64,000 nucleotides of DNA, taken from the IMG/VR virus record IMGVR_UViG_3300028591_000079, positions 128,001 through 192,000 of that record. The stretch is one strand, 5' to 3'. The translations under genes and the position numbers were made by a program. Each line of letters opens with the position of its first letter. Position 1 is the first letter of the stretch. Under the pieces are notes generated by a model that worked only from the letters and a program-made list of their open reading frames with translations, was not told the origin of the DNA and did no database searches. Positions 20,571 to 30,452 of this stretch are shown piece by piece. The stretch is from a virus. Lineage: Duplodnaviria > Caudoviricetes.

Positions 20571-22634
20571 ATGGCAACAACAGCGATTAGTTTTAGACGT
20601 GGTGACACAGATGATAATAAAGTTTTTGCAGGTGTGGAAGGCGAAATAGTTGCCGACTTGGGTAATGGTGGCAATATTGATGATGGAAAAGCAACAATTG
20701 TTTTGCATCGCGGAGACAGCACAGCCGGTGGTATTCGCATGGCAAGAGAAGATTTTGCAAACATAACTGACGATTCTTTATATAATTTAACAACATATCA
20801 ATCGGAGGGTGGTGCAATAACGGGGTTGATGTACAACGATCTTCACAATATACAGCACAATAATAATTCTCAATTTAGAAGTGCAACAGAAAGCACATTA
20901 AAATATGATTACAATATAGCAAGTCAAGATGGACATGATTTATCTACACGTATAATAACAGATCCAAGTTTGACCCCAGGATCAACAGAAGTACCTGGTG
21001 GGGGTCCGTTTGTTGCAACAATTGGATTAAGTAACATAAGTCAAAACGGTATATCAAACATAAGAGATTGGAGTTTTGATTGGTGGAAAATGAGTGTTGA
21101 TACTGAATTTTTGGCCACCAATGAAAATACACAAGCAGGTGATACACATGGACACAGAGGAAAAAATTTAGCTTATGCAGACATGTCAAACGTAAACACA
21201 GCAAATTTGGCAACAACTGGAGCAGGACACTCTGGCGGAAATCTCGCATATGCAGATCTAACAAATGTCTATTATCCAACTATTGTCAATCGCATTGATG
21301 ATGCATATAGAATCGGTGGAAATAAATTACAAAATTATGAATGGGTTATAAACAAACAAAACATTATAAATCCTTATGAAAGCGAACAAGAGCAGGAAAA
21401 AAAGTATCCAAGCATCAAAGCAATAATAAATTATACAGCAACATTGGGTGAAACTTATGTAAATTTAAAATTAGATAATGTTTTAGATTGGAAAATTGCA
21501 TCAGAAAAAGAGGATTTATATAAAATAGATGTTGTTATAGATAATGGTGGAAGTGGATATGCAACAACAGGATCAACAAGCACAATAGTTACAAATATTG
21601 CCCATCCAGATGGAGGTTTTGTTGAAATTTCTGTTTTAGAAGTTGATGATAATGGTAAAATTTTAAAGGCAGAAATTGCAAACGCAAAAAAATATAGTTC
21701 ATCATCAATAGCCACAACAGCATACATAGACACAATAAATCCTGGTGCAGCAGAATTTACAATTTCATCAACAAATGTGCATGTCGGCAAACTGATGAAA
21801 TATGATTTGTCAAATTCAGAAGTGGAAAATTTGACAGATACACAAAATGCAAAATTAACGTATAAAATGCAAAGAGATGCATTGAGCAACTCTATAACAT
21901 ATATTGACTCTGTTAGCGGAGAAATGACAGATTTACAAAACAACAGCTCCGGTTCTTTTTCTGTCGACAATACAACAAATGGTGTAATCGCAAGACTAAC
22001 CACAAATACAATAGCAGAAGTAAATGATGAAATTGTAAAAACAAAAATTTCAAGTATAGACGTTACAAAAACAAATGCTTATTTAAATAAAAATGAAAAC
22101 ATCGGAGATTATATATTAGACACTGATCATGAATTATTGAATCGTGGAGAAATAAATTCAGCAATACAAGATGCTATGGATGCAGCAATTGCGACTGCTG
22201 TTGTGTTCAAGGGTATAGTTGCAGACGAGACAGCGTTACCAAGTAGCGGGCAAACAAACGGTGATTTATATTGGGTCACTGCCTTCTCATCCAACCCACC
22301 AGCAGGTATGATATCTGGCAAATCTGGTTCTGCAATATGGAATGCAAACGTTACACCGGCACAGTGGGAATATAAATTGGATAACCAAAACGCACCAGAT
22401 AATCAAACTTTGGAATATAGTGGAGGTAGTACACAACAAGTTTTAAAAGTAAAGATAGCTGGAACACAAACAGAAGGACCTAATGCGTTGGTTGTAAAAT
22501 CTGATGGCTTATATGTAAAAACACCAGTGGAGACACCAACAATACCAACAGCAGATGGGGTTTATCACCTATATGTAAACAACGGTGTGGTTTCTTGGGT
22601 GAACGATACAAGACTACAAGTCACAAACCAATAA
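20571..22634 (+). CDS. Tail fibre/receptor-binding protein
   Basis: N-terminal FRRG..F.G.EGEI..D..HRGD.TAGG..MARED fibre-attachment motif; LAYADxxNV repeats. Confidence 0.7.
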   Translation: MATTAISFRRGDTDDNKVFAGVEGEIVADLGNGGNIDDGKATIVLHRGDSTAGGIRMAREDFANITDDSLYNLTTYQSEGGAITGLMYNDLHNIQHNNNSQFRSATESTLKYDYNIASQDGHDLSTRIITDPSLTPGSTEVPGGGPFVATIGLSNISQNGISNIRDWSFDWWKMSVDTEFLATNENTQAGDTHGHRGKNLAYADMSNVNTANLATTGAGHSGGNLAYADLTNVYYPTIVNRIDDAYRIGGNKLQNYEWVINKQNIINPYESEQEQEKKYPSIKAIINYTATLGETYVNLKLDNVLDWKIASEKEDLYKIDVVIDNGGSGYATTGSTSTIVTNIAHPDGGFVEISVLEVDDNGKILKAEIANAKKYSSSSIATTAYIDTINPGAAEFTISSTNVHVGKLMKYDLSNSEVENLTDTQNAKLTYKMQRDALSNSITYIDSVSGEMTDLQNNSSGSFSVDNTTNGVIARLTTNTIAEVNDEIVKTKISSIDVTKTNAYLNKNENIGDYILDTDHELLNRGEINSAIQDAMDAAIATAVVFKGIVADETALPSSGQTNGDLYWVTAFSSNPPAGMISGKSGSAIWNANVTPAQWEYKLDNQNAPDNQTLEYSGGSTQQVLKVKIAGTQTEGPNALVVKSDGLYVKTPVETPTIPTADGVYHLYVNNGVVSWVNDTRLQVTNQ

Positions 22635-22643
22635 AAACAAATT

Positions 22644-22675
22644 ACGCCTGAGATTTTTCTTGGGCGTTTTCTTTT
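22644..22675 (+). terminator. Rho-independent terminator closing the tail operon
   Basis: ACGCCTGAGA-TTTT-TCTTGGGCGT followed by T-rich tract. Confidence 0.8.
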
Positions 22676-22681
22676 AAAATT

Positions 22682-22688
22682 AGTTCTA
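22682..22688 (+). promoter_or_regulatory. Putative late promoter motif AGTTCTA
   Basis: Directly after the terminator, upstream of 22713. Confidence 0.65.
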
Positions 22689-22712
22689 TAATGTATCAAA
22701 AGGAGATATTTT

Positions 22713-23033
22713 ATGCCTACACCAAAAAAGAATTATTACGCTTTTAAAATTATCAACTGTAAAGTTCCTCATTGGAAAAAAGGAAAAATCATAAAAGAAG
22801 ATGGTGATATTGTATTTTTAGATAGTGGTGTATTGGGCATCAGAAAAGAGAATTTATATACCAACGAGAAAGAAGCCCTTATGGATTTTGTAAAAGAAGT
22901 AAATAGATGTAATAAAAATAACATTAGTGGCATATATGGCTCAGAAGATTTAAAAGCATATCATAAGGGTAAACAGATATTATTAAAAAAAGCTCAAGAA
23001 GAATTAGATAAAAATGAACAAACAGAAGATTAG
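22713..23033 (+). CDS. Hypothetical protein
   Basis: AAGGAG RBS, 106 aa. Confidence 0.6.
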   Translation: MPTPKKNYYAFKIINCKVPHWKKGKIIKEDGDIVFLDSGVLGIRKENLYTNEKEALMDFVKEVNRCNKNNISGIYGSEDLKAYHKGKQILLKKAQEELDKNEQTED

Positions 23034-23397
23034 AATATCAATTAATCCTTTGTCAATTTTAGATAAACCTCCGATAGATATAGTAGAATTAGGTGATGTG
23101 TTAGACTATATCAGCGTAAAGTTTGATATAGAGAGTTTGAGTATACAATTGAATGAAAAGAAAAAACCATCAGAACTTTATTTTTCTTTATTATCTGGTT
23201 TGTGTAAGACTGCATGTAAAAAAATTATTGTAGAAAATTATGTAGGCAGTAAAAAACCAAACACATTAAAACTTGATTCTTTTTCATCTATGTTATTAAT
23301 AATTGACAATTTGGATGGTTATACTTTGATTTACAACAACGAAAAGCACTCATTTAAAGATATTGAGGCGTTTCGTTCTATTTTAGATATTTTATAA
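23014..23397 (+). CDS. Hypothetical protein
   Basis: 127-aa ORF overlapping the previous stop. Confidence 0.55.
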   Translation: MNKQKIRISINPLSILDKPPIDIVELGDVLDYISVKFDIESLSIQLNEKKKPSELYFSLLSGLCKTACKKIIVENYVGSKKPNTLKLDSFSSMLLIIDNLDGYTLIYNNEKHSFKDIEAFRSILDIL

Positions 23398-23405
23398 GTT
23401 TTAGA

Positions 23406-23444
23406 CATTAATTTGTTGCTTTCCTCATTAAATTTAACTAAAAT
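23406..23444 (+). promoter_or_regulatory. Sigma70-like promoter with paired CATTAA boxes
   Basis: CATTAAT..TTGCTT-17-TAAAAT with CATTAAA in the spacer. Confidence 0.65.
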
Positions 23445-23465
23445 AACACATATAAGAAAAAGGAG

Positions 23466-23981
23466 ATGTGCATGAATCTAATGTGCAAATTGAAGACTAA
23501 AGAAAAAAGTGCCACACTAACAAAACTACGTGAACAAAAAGAAAAATATAAAATAGTAACAAAGCAGATTAGAGGGGCAACACTAAAAACTCCAAACATT
23601 AAATACTTTTTAAATTGTGTTCCTGAAATTCCTGCCGGTAGAGATGTTGTTGCTCGTTGGCGGGATTATTTGGTTATGTACGTAAATTGGTCCAACGATC
23701 CCAATGTAAAAGGTGCAGATCAACTAAAAAAGCAATATGGGTTTGTTGTACGCGTTGAAAATACTGTGCCACGTGGATTGAGAAAAGAAAAAGACCCAGA
23801 AACGTATGCTATGATATTTAATAATGCAGAACGTTGTAAAAAACACTTAGACTGGTTCAATGCGTGTTTTCATACTACAGAAGAACAAAAAGAAATAAAT
23901 GCCGACAATGAAAAGAAACGCAAAGAATTGAGAAAATCCAGCAGACAACAATTCAATGGATATAACCCTCAATACACATAA
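23466..23981 (+). CDS. Hypothetical protein
   Basis: 171 aa, AGGAG RBS. Confidence 0.6.
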   Translation: MCMNLMCKLKTKEKSATLTKLREQKEKYKIVTKQIRGATLKTPNIKYFLNCVPEIPAGRDVVARWRDYLVMYVNWSNDPNVKGADQLKKQYGFVVRVENTVPRGLRKEKDPETYAMIFNNAERCKKHLDWFNACFHTTEEQKEINADNEKKRKELRKSSRQQFNGYNPQYT

Positions 23982-23995
23982 AAAGAAGGTCTAAA

Positions 23996-26044
23996 GTGTC
24001 TAATTTTCATTTAAACAAATTATATATTCAAAACTTTCGCAGCATAAAAAAAGTCGACTTAGAAATAAAAGATGGATTATATGCTGTTGTTGGAAAAAAT
24101 TTAGATCAACCTGCTACTTTCAATGGTGCCGGTAAATCTTCTACTGTATACGCTTTATGGTGGTGTTTAACAGGTAATTCTTTGGGCGGTGAAGTTTTAG
24201 CTGATGATGTAGTAAACATTCAAGAAGGAAAAGACTGCAAGGTTGAATGTACTTTTGATACAGACCAGGGTGAAGTGGTTATAATGAGATGTCGTAAAGA
24301 TAAAGAACACGGCAATAATCTTTTTTTAACAATCAATGGTCAAGACGTAAGCTGTCATAAAGTATCGGACACTCAAGAAAGAATAAATCAACTGTTGAAG
24401 GTAAATTTTGATGTTTTGAAGGGGACTATTATTCTTACTTCTGACATGAAATCTAACTTTGCTGACCTAACGCCTAAAGACCGTATATCAATGTTGGAGT
24501 CTATTAGGGATTATACTATATGGGAAAAGGTTAGAGCAGAATCAAATGTAGACATAAAAAATCTTGATGGTGAAATAAAAGAAAATACTGGACAAATAAA
24601 CCAAAAACAAGGCTCAATTGACACACTAAATGGGCTTGTGATTGATTTAAGAAGAGAATATGTTGAAGAGAAACAAAAAATTACAAATGAAAACTCTGAA
24701 GAAAAACTAAAAAATCTGCAAGAAGTCTTAGAGCAATCCCAAAAAGAACTATCAGAGATTAAAGATGTAGATTATGATGCAAAAATATCAGAGTTAGATG
24801 TACAAATTGGCAAAAAAAATACAGAATTACAAAACAAACTGATAGAACACAATACAAAAAAAGATCAAATCAGAGAAAAATACAAAAAAATGAGCTCTGA
24901 TGTTGAAAATTTGATCTCAGAACTACAAGCACAATCATCCCAATTAGAAAAAGATATTATGAATGTAGATTTTGAGATTAGAGGTTTGCGTTCTGATGTG
25001 GATATAATACAAAAATGGTTTACTAATGATGTTTGCCCAACTTGTCATCGTAAATTAGACCGGACAGATGATGAAATTAATGAAAAAAACAAACAGCGCG
25101 ATCAACTTCTTCAAAAAATCAAACAAAAAGAAGATGAAAAAGCCGCAATAAACGCTAAATTTTTGACCATAGAAACGCAAAAAGCAAAAAACAAGGAAAT
25201 CATACAGGAAAATGAAAAAAAGTGTTCTGTGGAGCTTGAAAATGCAGAAAATGACTATCAAAAATTAGTAAAAAACATACAAGACGATATAGAGACATTA
25301 AAAAAAGATCAAATCAATATAAAAAACATACAGAAAGAAACAAAAAACAAAATTGACACATTAAATACAAAAATAACCAGCTTACAATCTCAAATAACCA
25401 TCTTAAGTGAACAAAAAAACACCACAGATGGGAAACTAAACGAAATCCAAGAAAAAGCTGAAAAATATAAAGCACAAATGGAGCAATTAGAAAAAGAAAA
25501 AGATGAAATTGTCACCAAAAATGCAAAACTAGAAAAAAGAAAGACATTGGCAAAATTCTTCTATGATGCTCTTGGTCCAAAAGGTGGTTTCAGAGGCGGT
25601 TTGTTGGCTAGAGATATCGCATATATAAATCAGTGCCTAAAGTCTTATATAACTAAATTCTTTGATTCTGCGGATTTATATCTTGTGCCACCAACTCCAG
25701 AGAAAAATGTTATTGATATAGTATTTGAAGAAGATGGAATTGCAAAACCAGTATCAAATCTTAGTGGAGGTGAACGTAAAAGAGTTAACTTATGTGTTGC
25801 TCTTGCTATTTATGATTTGTTGCAGTCTACATCTTTGTTTAGCTTCAATCTTTGTGTGTTCGACGAAATAGAAAGCGCATTAGACCCAGAAGGTGTTAGA
25901 CAATTGTTGGAAGTTATTGATGATAGACAAGATAATTTCCAAACTGCATGGTGGATAACAAATAATGAAATGGTATCTTCAAATATTCCCAATAAATTAG
26001 TGGCAACAAAACAAAACGGATTTACAAGAGTGGAGTATAAGTAA
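23996..26044 (+). CDS. SbcC/Rad50-like recombination ATPase (T4 gp46-like)
   Basis: Walker A NGAGKSS, zinc hook CPTC, signature LSGGE, Walker B VFDE, long coiled coil. Confidence 0.95.
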   Translation: MSNFHLNKLYIQNFRSIKKVDLEIKDGLYAVVGKNLDQPATFNGAGKSSTVYALWWCLTGNSLGGEVLADDVVNIQEGKDCKVECTFDTDQGEVVIMRCRKDKEHGNNLFLTINGQDVSCHKVSDTQERINQLLKVNFDVLKGTIILTSDMKSNFADLTPKDRISMLESIRDYTIWEKVRAESNVDIKNLDGEIKENTGQINQKQGSIDTLNGLVIDLRREYVEEKQKITNENSEEKLKNLQEVLEQSQKELSEIKDVDYDAKISELDVQIGKKNTELQNKLIEHNTKKDQIREKYKKMSSDVENLISELQAQSSQLEKDIMNVDFEIRGLRSDVDIIQKWFTNDVCPTCHRKLDRTDDEINEKNKQRDQLLQKIKQKEDEKAAINAKFLTIETQKAKNKEIIQENEKKCSVELENAENDYQKLVKNIQDDIETLKKDQINIKNIQKETKNKIDTLNTKITSLQSQITILSEQKNTTDGKLNEIQEKAEKYKAQMEQLEKEKDEIVTKNAKLEKRKTLAKFFYDALGPKGGFRGGLLARDIAYINQCLKSYITKFFDSADLYLVPPTPEKNVIDIVFEEDGIAKPVSNLSGGERKRVNLCVALAIYDLLQSTSLFSFNLCVFDEIESALDPEGVRQLLEVIDDRQDNFQTAWWITNNEMVSSNIPNKLVATKQNGFTRVEYK

Positions 26045-26607
26045 TGATAATCAAGAAGCCCTTTATATGCAACCCTGGAGAAATATTAAAACCTATTATT
26101 GGATATGAAGGTCTTTATGAGGTATCTAATCTTGGCAGAGTAAAAAATCTAAAAGATAACACTGAAGTAGATTACTATATCCATAATGGATCTAATTATA
26201 TTCGTTGTTCATTAAAAGATGCAAATGGTAAAAGAAGATATTGGCGAGTTAGTATATTAACAGCAGACGCTTTTATTCCCAATCCAAATAATTTACCAGA
26301 AGTTGATCACATAAATGAAGATAAAAATGATAATAGTGTTTCAAATCTTCGACGAGTTACACACAAACAAAATATGCAAAATTATTATAAAAATCATAAA
26401 GGCGAGTTTCAAAAAGCAAAACCAATTAGATGCATTGAAACCGATACAATATACGATTCAATTAGAGAGGCATCTAGAAAAATTACATATATTGATAAAA
26501 AAACTGGTGAACTAAAACATGGCATAAACAAAAACAGATTACAAGAAACATTGAACGGCGGCCAAAAAACAGCTGCTGGATACCATTGGGAATATGTGGA
26601 GAAATAA
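26044..26607 (+). CDS. Free-standing NUMOD4-HNH homing endonuclease
   Basis: IIGYEGLYEVSNLGRVK (NUMOD4); FIPNPNNLPEVDHINEDKNDNSVSNL (HNH); YDSIREA..TAAGYHW (NUMOD1-like). Confidence 0.93.
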   Translation: MIIKKPFICNPGEILKPIIGYEGLYEVSNLGRVKNLKDNTEVDYYIHNGSNYIRCSLKDANGKRRYWRVSILTADAFIPNPNNLPEVDHINEDKNDNSVSNLRRVTHKQNMQNYYKNHKGEFQKAKPIRCIETDTIYDSIREASRKITYIDKKTGELKHGINKNRLQETLNGGQKTAAGYHWEYVEK

Positions 26608-26609
26608 TT

Positions 26610-27665
26610 ATGATTCTATTTTTTACTGATTTACATATTAATGAAACAGCAACATTTAGCACAGCAACAGAGACTGGTTTTAGTGTTAGACAATTAGAAA
26701 GTCTTCAATGCTGTCAAGAAGTTGTGGATACACTAAAAGATCCAAATTACAAGTTTGATGCCGTGGTTTTTGGTGGGGATTTGTTTCATAAGGTTGGTAA
26801 CAGTATTTCAGCTTCAGATCTTGCTTGTGCCACTAAATGCATACAAATAATTCAAGAAGAGTGCATAAAACAAGGTATAATATTTTATTTGATCCCTGGC
26901 AATCATGATATAGCTAATAACATTCAAGGGTTTCATAAATTAATTACATTCAAAACATATAAAAACGTAGAAATTGTGGATACCTTTAAAGAAATTGGTG
27001 ATTATGTATTTATGCCTTATGCTTATGATGATGAAGAGGCTAATAATTTTCTGGAAGGTATAAAAGATAAAAAAAATAAAATAGTCTTTTCTCACCTTGA
27101 ACTAAAAGATGTACCTCTTGGAAATGGACTAACTTCTTCTCATGGTGCATCTGTAAAAACCTTGGCCCAATTCAAATCAGTCTTACAAGGTCATTATCAC
27201 GTGCCACAAACACCAGCAGATAATGTAATAGTAGCTGGTTCATGCCACAAAACATCATTCAAAGATCCTGGTGGTGGTTCAATGATTATATATGACGATA
27301 AAAGCAATACATATGCAAGAAAACCATTTACAGTCCCTTCTTGGTATACTTTTGATGATGATAATATAGAAGACATAAAAAGTCTAGATTCCAATAATTA
27401 TGTAAAAGTTGTAATATCATCAGAGAATATACTAAAAATACACAATATAACAAGAGAATATCTAAAAAGATTCAAAGGGGCAGAAATTATGATAGATGTA
27501 CAAAAAATAAGTCTAAAGAAAAAAATGAACCAACAAGAAAACATAGAAAACGAATCAGAAGAAGAGATTTTGCATAAATTTATTGAAACATCTAAAGTAC
27601 CAGAAGAAGATAAACAACAATTAATTGAAATAGGACTAGATTTGATAGCAAGAGCACGAAAATAA
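26610..27665 (+). CDS. SbcD/Mre11-like nuclease (T4 gp47-like)
   Basis: FTDLH, GGDLFH, PGNHD, FSH, GHYH motifs; ATG at 26610 preferred. Confidence 0.93.
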   Translation: MILFFTDLHINETATFSTATETGFSVRQLESLQCCQEVVDTLKDPNYKFDAVVFGGDLFHKVGNSISASDLACATKCIQIIQEECIKQGIIFYLIPGNHDIANNIQGFHKLITFKTYKNVEIVDTFKEIGDYVFMPYAYDDEEANNFLEGIKDKKNKIVFSHLELKDVPLGNGLTSSHGASVKTLAQFKSVLQGHYHVPQTPADNVIVAGSCHKTSFKDPGGGSMIIYDDKSNTYARKPFTVPSWYTFDDDNIEDIKSLDSNNYVKVVISSENILKIHNITREYLKRFKGAEIMIDVQKISLKKKMNQQENIENESEEEILHKFIETSKVPEEDKQQLIEIGLDLIARARK

Positions 27666-27683
27666 AAAAGGAGAAAATTACAA

Positions 27684-27720
27684 CATTAAACTTGATAAAA
27701 ACATTAAAATAAACTAAAAT
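27684..27720 (+). promoter_or_regulatory. Sigma70-like promoter with paired CATTAAA boxes
   Basis: CATTAAAC-TTGATA-AAAA-CATTAAA..TAAAAT, 17-bp spacer. Confidence 0.75.
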
Positions 27721-27753
27721 AAAGATATAAACTAAAAACCTAAGGAAACTAAA

Positions 27754-28641
27754 ATGGAAAAAGAAATTAATCAAGAAATGGTAAACAGATACGCAACAAA
27801 AACACAAGAAACAACACAACAAAATCAAGAACAAAATAATATCGATTGGGTTAATACACGAGATTACAAACGCATGATTAAATTCCGTGTATTTCCTGCT
27901 AACTCAAAAGAAAATAAAAAGATTGGTGGTGCGTTTTCTTCTGGAGCTCATTGGTTAGAATGTAACGGTGAAAAAGTACGCTATCAATGTCCAGAAAAAA
28001 CCTTCCCAGAATCAGGTGTAGAATGCCCAGTATGTAAAATGTATCGCGAACTGAAAAAGGCAGGCTATACTGAAGAAGAATTATCAAAAGATGGAAGATT
28101 TGGACCAGAAAACATTTTTAGACCTCGTTTATCATCTACTGTAAAATGCGTTGTAATTGAAACAGATACTCGTAAAGACTGGGATAAAGGACATATTTCA
28201 TTGCTTCAACAAAACGGTACAGCTCTTATTACTTGGTTGGTTGATGAATATATCAATCCAGAAAAACCAAACTTTACAGACTGGACAAAAGGTAGCATAA
28301 TCAAATTCTCACGTGATACCGATAATGGAAAATGGAATCGTGAAGTGTTGCCAGACTCAGTTGCCTTTAATCTTTGGAATGCCCCTCAAGATGTTGTAGA
28401 AAAAGTTCAAAAAGAAAATGAAGAAATCACAACATCAGAATTATTCCATATGCCAACGGATGAACAAACACTTCAAGTAAAAGCCATATTGGAAAACATC
28501 AAAGCAGAAATCGATGCAAAAAGAGCTTCTGGTTCAACAACTACAACAACAGAAGCAACTCCAAATGTTTCTGCAGCCACACCAGTACAACCATCCACAA
28601 ATAATGGTGGGTTTGGTGTAGACGATGCGATCCCATTCTAA
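27754..28641 (+). CDS. ssDNA-binding protein (gp32-like)
   Basis: FRVFP..HW..CP..CPVC zinc site; acidic C-terminal tail DDAIPF; adjacent to recA. Confidence 0.8.
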   Translation: MEKEINQEMVNRYATKTQETTQQNQEQNNIDWVNTRDYKRMIKFRVFPANSKENKKIGGAFSSGAHWLECNGEKVRYQCPEKTFPESGVECPVCKMYRELKKAGYTEEELSKDGRFGPENIFRPRLSSTVKCVVIETDTRKDWDKGHISLLQQNGTALITWLVDEYINPEKPNFTDWTKGSIIKFSRDTDNGKWNREVLPDSVAFNLWNAPQDVVEKVQKENEEITTSELFHMPTDEQTLQVKAILENIKAEIDAKRASGSTTTTTEATPNVSAATPVQPSTNNGGFGVDDAIPF

Positions 28642-28658
28642 GAAAATCAAGTAAAATC

Positions 28659-28689
28659 AAGGCGTTAGACTAATTGTGTTTGACGCCTT
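28659..28689 (+). other. Intergenic stem-loop between ssb and recA
   Basis: AAGGCGTTAGAC / GTTTGACGCCTT with no U tract; attenuator or mRNA stabiliser. Confidence 0.55.
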
Positions 28690-28721
28690 CTAAAAAATAA
28701 AATCAAAGAAAGGATTGTAAA

Positions 28722-29792
28722 ATGGCAATAAAAAAAGAAGAAGCAGTTGAAATAAACTCTAAAGATATCGGATTGAAAGCAGCTTTATCTGAAATTCAAA
28801 AACAATTTGGTAAAGAAGCCATCATTTCTTTTACAGACAATAGTGCCCGTAAAGAATTGGAATATGTTTCATCTGGCTCTTTAAGTCTTGATTTGGCATT
28901 GGGCGGCAAAGGTTATCCAAAGGGGCGTATTGTTGAGTTATTTTCTGAACCAAGTTGCGGTAAAACCACAATTTGTTTACATGCAGTAGCCGAAGTTCAA
29001 AAACAAGGCGGTAGGGCGGCGTATTTTGATTTGGAAAATGCTTTGGATTTAGAATATGCGGCAAAATTGGGCGTAAAAGTTGATGAATTGATTTTCTCAC
29101 AACCAGACTCAGGCGAACAAGCATTAGAAATGGCAAATATCTTAATGAAAAATAATGCTGTTGATATTGTTGTGTTTGATTCTGTTGCAGCTATGATTCC
29201 ACGTGCCGAATTAGAAGGCAATATTGGTGATAGTTTTATTGGTACAACTGCAAGATTGTTATCACAAGGGTTGAAAAAAATTGCACAATCAGCAGCGAGA
29301 GCAAATTGCTTGGTTATGTTTGTAAATCAGACTCGTAACAAGATTGGAGTTATGTATGGCAGTCCTTTGACTACATCTGGCGGCGAAGCTTTGAAATTTT
29401 ATGCAACCCAAAGACTTCATATTACTCGCACAACAAAACCATTAGAAGAACGTGGTGAGGCTGTTGGTAATGAAACTAAAGTCAAAGTTGTAAAAAACAA
29501 AGTCGCACCACCATTTCGTATTGCTGAATTTGTAATTGAATATAATAAAGGTATTTCAATTGATTCAGAAGTGTTTAAATTAGGCGTAAAATTGAACTTG
29601 ATTGAAAAGGCTGGAAGTTTCTATTCTTATGAGCCAGAGTCCTTTAGATGTCAAGGTGAGGCTAAATTCAAACAATGGTTGCATGAAAATCCCGAAATCA
29701 AAGAAAAAATTATCGCTAAAATCAAAGAATCAATAGCAAGTGGGGATGCAGAAAATATTGTTGAAGCTGAAGATACTGGAGTTGAAGAATAA
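28722..29792 (+). CDS. recA: RecA recombinase (bacterial type)
   Basis: SSGSLSLDLALG..GRIVEL..SCGKTT; QPDSGEQALE; DSVAAM; GGEALKFYA; KVVKNKVAPPF. Confidence 0.97.
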   Translation: MAIKKEEAVEINSKDIGLKAALSEIQKQFGKEAIISFTDNSARKELEYVSSGSLSLDLALGGKGYPKGRIVELFSEPSCGKTTICLHAVAEVQKQGGRAAYFDLENALDLEYAAKLGVKVDELIFSQPDSGEQALEMANILMKNNAVDIVVFDSVAAMIPRAELEGNIGDSFIGTTARLLSQGLKKIAQSAARANCLVMFVNQTRNKIGVMYGSPLTTSGGEALKFYATQRLHITRTTKPLEERGEAVGNETKVKVVKNKVAPPFRIAEFVIEYNKGISIDSEVFKLGVKLNLIEKAGSFYSYEPESFRCQGEAKFKQWLHENPEIKEKIIAKIKESIASGDAENIVEAEDTGVEE

Positions 29793-30223
29793 TGCTTAGA
29801 CGGACACCTTTGAGACCTAAAAAGAATTATACTTTGAAACGCACTCCTCTAAATTCAAAAAGTGCAGGTCTCAAAAGGTCTCCATTAAAAACAAAATCAA
29901 CGCAACTAAAAAGAACTCCACTAAAAAAACAAAATGAAGAAAAGAAAAAAGCCTGGGAAAAAGCTAGGGAAAAAAGATTAGAAAAAGATAATGGCAAATG
30001 TGTTGTGTGTAAGAAGAAAGCAACAGAAGTCCATCATATACATCTAAGAAGCAAGAGACCAGATCTATTATTGAATCAAAACAACTTACGGTCACTCTGC
30101 TCTAAACATCATTTTCATCAAGGCAACGAGAATTATGATAAACAGTGTGAATTATTAGCGAGAGTAGAAGGTATAACAGTAGAAGAACTATTATATAACG
30201 CAGAACAACCGGATGGAGAATAA
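29792..30223 (+). CDS. HNH nuclease with N-terminal basic repeats
   Basis: Four L(K/R)R(T/S)PL repeats; CVVC..EVHH..NL..LC..HH. Confidence 0.8.
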   Translation: MLRRTPLRPKKNYTLKRTPLNSKSAGLKRSPLKTKSTQLKRTPLKKQNEEKKKAWEKAREKRLEKDNGKCVVCKKKATEVHHIHLRSKRPDLLLNQNNLRSLCSKHHFHQGNENYDKQCELLARVEGITVEELLYNAEQPDGE

Positions 30224-30449
30224 AATGACATTAAAAATTGTACCAAATCCAGATCAAGAATTTTTAAAAGAGATAACACAACGAGTAATTGATAATGATG
30301 GTTACTGTCCTTGTCTCTTGTATAAAAATCCAGATACAAAATGCATGTGTAAAGATTTTAGAGAACAAACAACTCCTGGATTTTGTCATTGTAAGAGATT
30401 TATGAAAATAGAAGAAGAAACAAAAACAGAAGAACAAAAAGGAGAATAA
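30213..30449 (+). CDS. Ferredoxin-thioredoxin reductase catalytic-subunit-like protein
   Basis: NPD..GYCPC..CMC..CHC pattern. Confidence 0.8.
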   Translation: MENKMTLKIVPNPDQEFLKEITQRVIDNDGYCPCLLYKNPDTKCMCKDFREQTTPGFCHCKRFMKIEEETKTEEQKGE

Positions 30450-30452
30450 ATT

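Noticed and set aside
20571-22634. Diversity-generating retroelement target (Mtd-like N-terminus)
   Set aside because: No reverse transcriptase and no template/variable repeat pair seen in the window.
27684-27720. Canonical CtrA boxes at the ATTAAA promoters
   Set aside because: TTAA half-sites are 14 nt apart, not 7.
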